Of a stretch of 64,000 nucleotides of DNA, positions 52,601-64,000 are shown in pieces. The notes under the pieces are model-generated. The model searched no databases, was not told the DNA's origin, and worked only from the letters and a program-made list of their open reading frames with translations. Both the position numbers and the translations under genes were made by a program. The stretch is from Hypanus sabinus (taxonomy: Eukaryota), in the NCBI RefSeq assembly GCF_030144855.1, contig NC_082713.1:142476001-142540000 (forward strand). Reading direction: 5' to 3'. Position 1 is the first letter of the stretch; every line of letters begins with the position of its first letter.

Positions 52601-54083
52601 TTGGGTAAGTTGATCAAGAGGAACTGGATGGAATTGCAGTGTTCTCCAATGCTTATGTGCGTAGACCATGTGTGTAGTCTGACCATTCCAGATCCTAAGG
52701 GACATCTGTCAATGGCTGTGATGCCGAAGGGGTAAGAGATGGGCTCAGTGGAGAGTCCAAGCTGCACGTACAGAACCCGGTCCAGAAAGTTGCATGTTGC
52801 ACTAGAAACCACCAGAGCCTCTTGTGTGCAAAGAGCCAGCAGGTGTGGTGGAGGCCAGAGAGAGACTAAGGTGCTAGAGCAAAGGGCTGGGGAGAGCTTA
52901 CCAGATAGGAGGTCCCTCAGCCTGGTGGTGCCTTTTCCCAGGTGCAGTGGCCATTTGATGCGTGGGTGATTGGTGGTTCTGCAGAAAGCACACAAGTTGT
53001 TTATCCACCAAGCCTTCTATGCTCATGCTCTTGTGGAGGTTAATGGTGCTCTCCCTAAATGCATGGGTCTTGAAGGTGTTGATGATAAGGATCCTGTAGT
53101 CTGGGAATGGAATTGGGATTCTGGCTGATGGTCTGGAGTGTTGTTCCATTAGAAGCTTGTCAATGTGGAGGCCTGCATGATGAGGTTTCTGAGATCTGTG
53201 GGCATCTCCTAGGTAGACAACTAATTTTTCAAGTACTCCAAGAAGCCATGATAATAATAGGCCAATAGCACTTCCACAATCAGCTGCTCTCCACTGGAGA
53301 GGGTCCTGAATTCCACAGGGTACTCCGGCACAGAGCAGGTGAAGTATCCGATCTGCTCGCCCCCCGCCCCCCCCACCATTCCACTACCCAGATGGTCAAA
53401 ACCCTGAAGCATTTCAGTGGTGATTTACTCAGATTTATTGGAAATGGTGGTTTTATTGCCCTAGTTATTTGTGGCCCAGGTCAGAGCTTGTTCAGTCAAG
53501 AAAGACATGATGCAGACTTTCTTGTCAAGGTCCATAGAATACAGAGATGGCTGGACTGGGACAGGAAGCTGCAGCATTGGGTTGGAGATCTGTCAAAGTG
53601 TTTGGGAATTGTAATCCAGGGCTCAGAGGGAGGGTGAATGTTGCAAGATGGAGAATTGGAAGAGAATGGTAGGCAGATGGTCAATGGTTTCCTACTACTT
53701 CTGGATTGTGTGTTCATTCGATGGACGAGTTCCTTTAGATGGGCATACTCTGCTGGGTCATTGATGGTTACTCACTCTGTCAGGAAATGCAGAGGAGACA
53801 TGGCCCAGAGCAGAGCAATGGAGATGATTTAGCAGCGAAAAACTGCAAAATGATAAGCCATGAGGGGGCCACAAAGCAGAAAGAACCGATACCAAACTCC
53901 CAGGAAACAAAGTAACTAAATGCTAAGAGCAACTGGTTGAGGCTGGCTAGTTTGTATAAGTGAACGGATTGTGGATGAGAGCTCGGTTCAAATAGGCTGC
54001 AGGTGATGCATTGGAAACAAGTGCTAGATGACTCCTACTAGCTGGGTGGAGACTGGGAGGAGCTTGCATGTGCAGGGCTGATT
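49686..54083 (-). mobile_element. Full-structure but decayed Gypsy chromovirus (Sushi-like) LTR retrotransposon
   Basis: LTRs 49686-49974 and 53778-54083; 5-bp TSD CAGAT (49681-85, 54084-88); PPT next to 49975. Gag PKHFDRSPTQCCSFLSQ; RT PFGLSSSPAVFQAFINEIL; integrase PWPHIVMDFI and GPLKI...PTFHVSCLRP; chromodomain remnant at about 50040-50180. Confidence 0.9.
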
Positions 54084-55136
54084 CAGATATTATTTAGTAT
54101 TCCTATTACTCAGTTGTCAGAGGTTCACCTCAAATCACAGTGTGAATCCTGCCCATCCAGAGACCCAAAAGATATGATCTTCTCCCTTTGTCAACAACAC
54201 AAACAAAAGTGCAGAAGGCAGCACCAGTTAATATGCATAACCTCCCTAACCTCAGTTAAGCTACTGAGACCATGAATTGAGAGGGATTGTGCAACATCCT
54301 CTTTATATTGAATTGCAGACAAATTTGCTTTCATCATTTGTTGCTCCATGATATTAACCAGCAAGCTTCCAGATAAAAAAAAGTCACAGTGAAGTCCAAT
54401 GTTAAGAATTGCCCCAATGCTTTTTGCAGTCTGTTTTTTTTTGTCATAAGATTGCCCTAATCTTCAGCTTTTTCTAGGAGTGGAACTAATCTCCAGAACG
54501 AATAGGAAAGACTTCAACCTACACTCCAAAACTAAAATTAAGTGAATCTCCGCAGTTGAACTGCAATATGCAACAAAACTTATTTTTGTACTCACACTGA
54601 AAGCTGAGCTGCAAGATTTTGTTGATTTGTTCACTCAAGCATACAAGTGAATGTTTGATGCTTTCATTTGGAAAGTAAATTAAGGGTTAGTATTGTTCAA
54701 AATGCCAATTGGAAACTTGCACATGAGTTCTCCGTGAGGAGGCTGTTGGAGGACATGAGTGAAATTCATCATCAATGTAGGTCATATTTGTTCTGCTAAC
54801 CGTTTACTTTCAGCCAGTAATGATCCGTTTTTACAGCTAAGGAAAAGTCCCAGTTAGGTTAATGAAGCAGCAGCAAACCTCAAGGTTCAAATTTTCTCTC
54901 ATTGTCTGGTATGTTCTGATCAAATTTTAGGTGAGATCTCAGAGGACAAATTCTCCACCCACCTGATCTTTCTGTAATTTCTATCTGTTTTATGTAATCA
55001 CAAGGTGGTTGAAAATGATCCCAAACCATAAGCCCTTTGATTTCAATAGCTAAGGGTTGAATTTTTAACCCTCTTTTTTATCTTTCCACAGTAGTATTTT
55101 TATGCGAGTAAACTTTTTGTGAAAGATACTCACTGT

Positions 55137-55470
55137 AGGTGGCAAAGTGGCACAACTGAAAGAGCTGCTACCCCACAATTGTAATGAGCAGGGTCCAGTC
55201 CTGACCTCTGATACTGCCTGTGTGGAGATTGCACCTCCTCCCTGCGACTACATGGATTTCCTTTGGGTACTTCAGCTTCCCAAATCCCAAACACATTTCT
55301 GTTGGTAACTGAAATGGCCATTGTAAATTGCCCCTACAAGTTGAATGGTGGAATAAGGAAGGAATTGATGGGAACCTGAGGAGAAGGAATTAGTGCGGAA
55401 TTTGTGTAAATCAATGCTTGAAGGTCAGCACAGACTCTGAAGGGGCTACTTTTGTGCTACAAGACTCACG
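55137..55470 (+). mobile_element. HE1-like V-SINE
   Basis: tRNA-like head followed by tgtgtggagattgcacctcctccctgcgactacatggatttcc and ggccattgtaaattgcccc. Confidence 0.7.
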
Positions 55471-55730
55471 AGGAATCAATGTAGACTTCCTTAAATTTAC
55501 TAACTTTTCTGAGAAAAGAACACAATCCTCAATCCTGAACTTAGCTAATGAAAAAGAGAAGGGTATACCCACTGTGATTGTCTGTTGACCTAGTTCATGT
55601 TGCTTTTGTTTCTGACTGCTTCAGTGATCTATGTCCAGGGAAATGCATGTGACCTTTCCATTATGAGACAGTATACCATTCATTTGTAACCACTGAAATT
55701 TCTGATTTCTATGTCTCTGCTCCTCCACAG

Positions 55731-56321
55731 GTCCACCATTGTTGCTCTTTGCAATGCTTACTATTATTAACACTTTGTCGGCGTGTCCCACACACTGCTC
55801 TTGTAAAACTTACGAAGTGGATTGCAGCAATCTTGGCTTGGTGACTATCCCAACAGACATTCCATCAGACATTAAATTTCTCTCGCTCAGTAACAATAAA
55901 CTCAGAACCTTCCAGGCTCTCACATTCACTAATTTTACCACATTGGAGAAGCTGGACCTGTCCAACAACTACCTGGACCAACTACCATCGGATGCATTTG
56001 ATTACATCAGGAACCTGATTGACCTCAATTTGCGAAACAACAGCATTCGAAGCCTGGATAAAAATATCTTCTATAAAACCACCAACCTGCAGAGGTTAGA
56101 CCTTTCTGTTAATGGCCTCTCTCAGATTCCACTACTTTTATTTGATGAAATGCAGAACTTGACCTGGTTGAATTTGGAAGAGAATAGGATGCCAAATCTC
56201 GAAAGAGAGGTCTTTGAGCCACTTGAAGTTCTCCAGCAATTGCTGCTTGGCGGGAACCCCTGGGAGTGTGACTGCAGTCTGAGGGAGTTCAAACACTGGA
56301 TGGAATGGTTCCAGTACAAAG
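55731..56321 (+). CDS. LRTM2: LRTM2 exon: signal peptide, LRRNT, LRRs, start of LRRCT
   Basis: Acceptor tcctccacag at 55730; CPTHCSC..EVDCS, LDLSNN, LRNNSIR, NPWECDCSLREFKHWMEWF; donor AAG|GTGAGT; phase 1 at both ends (591 nt). Confidence 0.95.
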
Positions 56322-57628
56322 GTGAGTGGAACAAATCAATACAACTACAAATATACCTGCTACCCTGAGCTGAATTTTAATTTCTCCAAGATCACTTGGA
56401 ATAAAATTGAGTTCAAGCATATATGTATTAATGAGCCTAAATGGGAAAATAACAAGCTTTATTTCTATCTTTTGTAATGGATGATCACAATCAGTATAGC
56501 AGTGAGGCAAAGTGACTTGAACAATTGGATGTCAATGAATATTCATTGTTGTGATTACTTTATAAATATTAGGAAGACCAAGACCGGCTCTTTCCCAAAA
56601 TCCAGATTCTAGACACCACCACTACTTGCTTCTGTAAATATCTAAACAAAAATGTTTAGTCTTGGAGACCAGTTTCTAATTATTTCATCAAAGCGATATG
56701 CATCTTCTCCCTAACATGCCTTAGTTCATCTGTTGCTAAACTCTCATCCCTGCCTATGTTAGCTTTAGAAATTCAGAAATACTATCTTAATGAAATCTCT
56801 GTGCACTAATTTAACACTGTGCAACACCGTACCACCTTCTATTCACATAACCAAAAATTTGCCATGATTACATTACTCCTAATATGGCAAAGCCTCAATT
56901 TTAATGTGTTCACCTTTGTTCTCCTATGACCCTACTCTTTCCATCCTTGACCCATCCTTTAACCCATCTCTTTGAGCTAAAAGTGCTTCCCTAATTCTTG
57001 AATTTCCACAATCCCTTTTGCCAACCCTTGGTTGACCAAACATTGAACTACCTTTGTCATAAATCTGGAATTCACTTTTGTAAAATTTGCCCTTTCTCTA
57101 CTACTTTATATCCTTTAAAATGTTATATAAAGTGCACTTTTTTAAACACCTATGCTAATATATCACTTCATGATGTATAGTTTTAGTTTTTTGATAACAG
57201 CTCCATCGAAAAGTGAAATAAAGTACATAACTCTGTCAAAGGTGATATAGAAATGTAACTTATTTTTGTCTTATGCCTCCTATTGAAAGGGTATTTCAAT
57301 GAGTCAGTAAATGATTTTGTTATGAATCGGTGTTTCCAGTGGAGAATAGCACATAAATTAATTGCAGCAACTTAATAATTTCTCTTCTTCCATTTAAAAT
57401 ATGAAAAATACTGAACTATGTTCCTGGGATTTCACATGTTGCATACCTACAGGTACAAAATTAACCAGGTGTCACTTCCCAATTTGAAATCAAATGCGAT
57501 ATGGCTGAGTGAAAAGGAAAGAGAAAATTCATTGCTAATAATTTGTGAAAAAGTGTAAAGCTAAACTAATTTTTAAGCAGATGATAATTTTGTAAAGTTA
57601 TTATTGTGTAGTGACTTAAATTCTTTAA

Positions 57629-58093
<465 letters not shown>

Positions 58094-58874
58094 AAAACAA
58101 GGATAGCTATGCTTTGGATGGGAATAAAAGCTACCATCTTCAGTTTTCTCCAGTTTAGGCCTCTGTGTGCTTATTGCAGTGCTAATACAAGTGTTGATGT
58201 TAAATTCTCACTGAAGTACAGGGAAAAAAATCAATGTCATCTAATCAAATGCATCTATAGGCTTAAGTCCTGCTGTGTTTTGTTTCTGGAACTTCAGGGA
58301 ATATGGAAGTCACTGATATATGGACTTCCGTAGAAAGAAAGAAGATGATCTTCAGAACTTTATTGCATGCCTTTTATTTGAGAGATATTTAGAGATCAAG
58401 GCAGAATTGTTATTTCAATCCTTGAATGAAAACAACCCTTTTTAATTGAGAGATCAAGAATTGAGCCTTTAGCTTCCTTTTAAGCATTTTTATATCTTGT
58501 TTGTTTCATTGTCTGGATAGTTTTAATGTACGATCTAAAAATATATTGTCTGAAAAGAAGACACCCAATGGATACGATTAGGATTAAGGTAGTTGTACCA
58601 ATGCATGTAGCAACAAAGTTGATTACTTTGCAAGGCTGTTAACCAAAAATATTAAAACCAAAATTGGAAACTTATTCTTTGTAAGGTGAATTTATTTTAA
58701 ATATATATATTTTCTAAATACACAATGTCTGCATGAATATAAAAATGATCAGATATTTAAAAAAGAAATTAGTAACCATCTGAAATGCAAAAAAAAGCAA
58801 AACTCATGGTCTTCATTAGCTAGTTTATCAGGTGCATTCATTTTATCTTGCCAATGGCGCCAACATAGTGAAGC

Positions 58875-59330
58875 AAGATTCAAGATTGTTTAATGTACAC
58901 AAGTGTAAAGGAGAATCAACTAATTGTTACTTCAGTCTGATGCAGCACACAAAAAAACCCCAAAAAAAGATAAACAGCACAATATTATAAATGTGAATAC
59001 ATAAGATAGCTTATATACATAGATTGATTGTATATCCATAAAGTGATATTAGGCTGTAGATAAGATGACTGACAGAAATAATAAAATAGTGATGGAGTTA
59101 ATGGGTGGAGCTGTTGATCAGCCTCACTGCTTGGGGTAAGTAACTGTTTTTGAGTTTGATCATCTTGGAGCAGATGCTATGTAGCCTCCTCCCTGATAGG
59201 AGTGGAACAAACAGTCCATTAGCAGGATGTGGGATGATGTTACTGGCCCTTTTCTGGCACCTTTGGTATATATGTCCTTGATGGCGGGTAGGCTGGTGCC
59301 GATGATGTGGTTAGAATTTGCATTTTGATA
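58875..59330 (-). mobile_element. Rex1/Babar 3' fragment
   Basis: IIGTSLPAIKDIY remnant; tail caagattcaagattgtttaatg, the same family as the copy ending near 40050. Confidence 0.75.
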
Positions 59331-61399
59331 ATTGGCAGTTCCTAAATAATGATGATTCACTGGAAAAACTGAATTCTAAATTTCAAACAACTATTACTCA
59401 TGCATACAGTATATGGTAAATTTATGTTATAATAAAGTCATGAATCTTAATAGAATGAGCTGTAAAAAATGTGATTATAAGGCCATCGACCTGTGAGAAA
59501 TTGAAAGAGATCCTTGTTTTCAGCCAGGAATACTTTCTGTATTATTGGAAGTCTTCTGGAAATTGAGAATTCTTGCAATAGACTGTGTTAACCTCTTTTT
59601 CTTTAATATTTTCTGAAGTATAGTAGTGTAAAAGTACAAATCTGAGGGTGTTGAGGGGAATGTGGGGTGAATAAAATGGGGTTAGAGTAAATGGGTCCTT
59701 AACAGTTGGCACAGACTCAATGGGTTACAAGTGTTTTATGACTCTATGACTCCTCTGTTAATGAAATATAGAAACAGATTACTTACTTACTGCCAGTTAT
59801 GGCCAGCTGTGATTCAGGGTCCTCAGACGCACACAAATATAGAAGGATTTTTCACTGGTATTTCCGTAAGTTGTCCAGTCAGGGTTGTTGTCCCTGAGTT
59901 GAACCCCTGAACCTGGAGGACTACAGGACCACTCTCAGTCTGGCCTCTACTCTTTGACCTTATCATAAGCCACAGCACAAACCCTTGACTCCAGCCAACA
60001 TGGCTCTCTGGGTCATTGAGGTATGCAAGCCTCCAAACCCTATGACAAGGTTGTGGTCTTCTTGGAGGTTAGAGACAGATTTGGCAGATGGAATCGAATA
60101 TTGAATATATCAAATATAAAATTACCAATACCAATGTTGCAACTGTAATGGAACATCTTGACTACATTAATGCCTAGTTCTGTAGCACTGATCTTCAGTG
60201 ATATGTTTGGGATATTGTCCTGTCCCTAACTTTTGCAGTGTTCAGTGCACTTTGCCATTTTTTGATATCACATTGGAGTGAGAAGAGTGGTTTCTTTAAT
60301 GGAGGGAATCCCAAGAGAAAGTTAAATGGTAGCTTGAAGTATAATAGTGTAAAAGTACAAACCTGAGGGAGTTGAGGGGAATGTGGGGCAAATAAAATGG
60401 GATTAGAGTTAACGATGTCTCAGCATTGTCACTAGAAATCATATCCTCGGTGCATCCAGTGTTGACCATATTCTTGGAGATATGTCTCTCAAGAGTTGTC
60501 TAATTACCTGCCACCACTTGCATCAAGGTGCAGCAGATCTGTGAAGCTTTGATCTGATTTACTGGTTGTGTGGTTGCTTATCCACTGCATGTTATTTTTT
60601 TCTTTGGTATACAGCACTGCCATGCTGATCCCTCATTTTTAGGTTTGCTTCATGTTGCTTTCAGCATGCCCTTCTGAACTTCTCACTGAACCTGGCATTG
60701 ACCACTATAGTGACAGAAAGGATCTTACAGATTGCAGTGGAATATCATTCTGCTGCTTCAGGTAGCTCCTGAATGTCTTATTTTGAGCTGCAGGTGTGTT
60801 CTAAGGTTATCCCATTTAGCATGATGATACAACAAGGTGAAAGTCGATTCATGTGGAAATACAGTTTATTTGTTGATGAATCTACTGATAATGATTAGCC
60901 TTCACACATTGGTATCAATTTTATGAATACTGTATTTGCTACCCATGTCCATGCAAGGCTGATTAATCTTCATTTTAGTCCAAAAGTGAATGGGCATTAT
61001 GAGTATCATCGATGCTGTAAGACCTATAGGAGAGCTTTCTTTTGTGTCCAAACTTAATTTTTTTTAACAATACTTACTGAGGTTCTGAAATTCCTTCGCT
61101 ATCCTTATGCAACGCACTCCCCCCAACCACCACTATCAATACCAGGTTCTATAATGATGGCTGAGTAATTTGGATATTCATGAATGTCTTGAAAATCAAT
61201 TAAAAGTCAAATAAAATTGGCATAAGTTATAGGGCCAAGGGAATAATTGACAGAATTCAGACAAGGGAAAGTGATTCATTTTGAGAAATTAATTCAGGAC
61301 AGTGAATGGCCTGGCCCTGGGAAATGTTACAGAATTACAACATCTTGAGATACAAGTACATATTCCCTGAAAGTTGCAACACAGTATTGCGAAGAAACC

Positions 61400-62515
61400 A
61401 TATCAGAATCTGAATCAGGATTAATATTACCAGCACATGTTGTGAAATCTGTTGTTTTACAGCAGCAGTGTATTGCAATACATAATAATAAAAAATATAA
61501 ATTACAATTCCAAGTATATATTAAAAAATAAATTTAACAAGTGCAAAAAATGAGTGAAAAATTACTATAGAAACATTTGTGGGTTCATTATCCATTCAGA
61601 AATCTGATGGCAGAGGGGAAGAAGCTGTTACTGAAATGCTGAGTATGTGTCTTCAGGCTCCTTTACTTTCTTCTTGATGGTAGCAATAAAAGTGCATGTT
61701 CTGGGTGATGGTGGTCCTTGGTGATGGATGCCACCTTTTGAAGGTGTCCTTGATGAGGGGGAGGTTAGTGCCTATGGTAGAGCTGGCAGAGTGTACAACT
61801 TTCTGCAGCTTTTTCTGATCCTGTGCAGTGGCCCCTCCATACTTGACAATGATGCAACGGATTGGAACACCTTTAGAAATCTATGACTACCTTTGGTGAC
61901 CTACCAAATCTCCTCAAACTCCCAATAAAATATAGCTACTATCATGACTTCTTTGTAATTGTATCAATAAGTTGGGCCAGAATAGATCTCCTCAGAGATG
62001 TTGACACCCAGAAACTTGAAACTGCTCACCCTTTCCACTTCTGATCCCTCAATCAGGGCTGGTGTGTGTTCCTCTATTTCCCCTTCCTGAAGTCCACAAT
62101 CAATTCCTTGGTCATACTGACGGTGAGTGCAAGGCACCACTCAACCAGCTGATCTATCTCACTCCTATACCCCTCTTCTTCACCATCTGAAATTCTGTCA
62201 AAAACAGTTGTGTCATTGGCAAACCTAGATGGTGTTTGAGCTGTGCCTAGCCACACTGTCATGGGTGTAGAGAGAGTAGAGCAGTGGGTTAATCACACTT
62301 TCTTGTTAATTGATTGTCAATGAGGAAGAGATGCTATTTCCAGTCTGCACAGATTGTGGTCTCCCAGTGAGGAAGTCAAGGATCCAGTTGCAAAGCGAGG
62401 TGCAAGAGGCCAAGATTTTGGAGCTTTTTGATTAGAACTGAGAGTATGATTGCGTTGAACATTGAGCCATAGTCAACAAACAGAAGCCTAATGTAGGTAT
62501 TACTACTGTCCAGGT
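61400..62515 (-). mobile_element. Rex1/Babar LINE fragment inserted into a plus-strand CR1 (about 61240-63300)
   Basis: FANDTTVFDRISDGEEEGYRSEIDQLVEWC...TKELIVDFRK; tail atcagaatctgaatcagg. Confidence 0.8.
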
Positions 62516-62864
62516 GTTACTTAAGTCACGCTGCTGTTTATAGACTACAGCTCAGCGTATGCTTCTTTCATTGGCCAAGGCACTGCACTGAATGAATGAG
62601 TTAGAATGCCATATTACAGTTGTGCAAATTATTGGTTAAAATGCATTTGGAGTACTATCTGCAGTTCAGGTCACCACACAATATGTAAAGAGTTATTAAG
62701 CAAGAGAGAGGACAGAAAAAGAATGTTGCCTGCACTGTTTTAAGAAAAACCTTGACAAGTTTCATTACTTACCTTGGAGTAAAGGATTCTGAGGGGTGGC
62801 ATCACAAAGGTTTAGAAAATTATGAGTGGCCTAGATAGCTACTGCCATTTCTCAGGTTAGGGTT

Positions 62865-63059
62865 AGTTGCTGTTCCTTTCTGCACCTTGTGGCATATCAA
62901 ATGGCATTTTATTTTTGCCGTTCCATAGCAATTGACTGTTTTTTTACAAGGCCAAGTTGCCTGCTTGATCCTCAACCCAGCATAGGTGGAAAGTGGGATT
63001 TGAACTCAGGACCATTCACTTCAACGTCCGGTGCTGATGCCACTACACTAACAGCTGGC
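62865..63059 (-). mobile_element. tRNA-derived SINE
   Basis: Minus strand gccagctgttagtgtagtggcatcagcaccggacgttgaagtgaatggtcctgagttcaaatcccac has A-box and B-box-like motifs. Confidence 0.6.
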
Positions 63060-63589
63060 TATTAAGATTAGTGGAGAAAACTTAAAAAGAGATTTGAGGG
63101 GCAAGATTTTGGCAGGTGTATTTAACATGCTGCCGGTCGAGAAGCAGTTACAAACACAATGTTTGAAAGACATTTGGACAGATACAAAGATAGAAAATAT
63201 TTAGAGGGAGATGGGCCAAAATGTAGGCAAATGGAATTAGTACCAATAGGCATCTAGGGTGGCATGGACTAGTTGGCCTGAAGGTCATGCTTCTGTACTA
63301 TAAAATGATGAATTTAATATCTAAGTTGGCTTGGTAGAGGATTTTGAAGATAATAACATGATAAGGAGGGAACTGTTCTGGGAAAGTACAACAGGCAGCA
63401 GGAATAAGATCATTTACATATAATGCAATGAAAATATGGCAGCATTGCTGCCTGGAATATAATCTAAAAGTATGTTTCACTTCCTGGACTGGATTACAAC
63501 CATGACTTAATTCTGTATTCAGGTTTCTAATTTTACAGATGTTTGTGTTTCTTTACATGGTTTAATATCTGTTGTTCTGTCTACACTAT

Positions 63590-64000
63590 CCAGTAAGCAA
63601 AACAGACATGAAATGATAAGCCAACTGGGAGGAATGGAAGGCTAAAATGCACCTATTTTAATGCAAGGTAAGGCAGATTAACTTAGAACATTGATCATCA
63701 CATGTGAAAATCATACTGTTGCAATTAGGGAAGATCTAGCAACTCAACATTCCAGGATCTAGGAGTTTCAGATATTTTGACCAGCAATGCATTATTGATC
63801 ATATAGACCATCACTACACTAATGAGGGAAGATAGCTGAAAACCTCTTCAAATTATGCCATTGGTGTAGAGTTTAGAAATAAAAAGGCAGTGATTATTTT
63901 GTTGCCATTGCATTGCAAATCTCCCAACAGTCACAGGGAGCTAGATCAGCAGATAGGTAAGCAAATCACAGACAAGTATGAGGAATAAGATTATAGATGC
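63590..64000 (+). mobile_element. Decayed CR1 endonuclease region
   Basis: Remnants of YFNA, LNIPG.R and VEFRNKK. Confidence 0.55.

Noticed and set aside
54755-54776. Alternative LRTM2 start exon (MSEIHHQ, phase 1, donor GTAGGT)
   Set aside because: In phase, but it lacks a clear acceptor and homology. The 45861 exon has a consensus donor and acceptor plus RKVSW similarity.
54814-54908. Exon-like segment with a good branch point and acceptor
   Set aside because: No ATG gives the phase needed to join the LRR exon; no supporting homology.

Overview
Eukaryotic, AT-rich, CpG-depleted, repeat-dense vertebrate DNA. The repeat set (CR1 LINEs, Rex1/Babar LINEs, Penelope-like elements, HE1-type V-SINEs, a Deu-type SINE) points to a cartilaginous fish, probably a ray; this is an inference. 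I can support one host gene, LRTM2 (+ strand), with coding exons 45861-45924, 55731-56321 and 57654-58093 that splice in frame to 364 aa. LRTM2 normally sits antisense inside a CACNA2D4 intron, but I found no CACNA2D4 exon, so the window may be one large intron. Most other ORFs are retroelement debris. The two most unusual structures are transposons carrying captured host sequence. (1) An LTR retrotransposon at 14478-17347 whose internal region is replaced by an intron-less RBM25 coding fragment. (2) A Tigger/pogo-like TIR DNA transposon at 8622-9655 whose transposase body is replaced by an ITS2/28S rDNA piece. Penelope termini carry minimal hammerhead ribozyme motifs, and a decayed chromodomain-type Gypsy element lies in an LRTM2 intron. 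All identifications come from reading the sequence and from recalled family motifs; no searches were run, and repeat boundaries are approximate.
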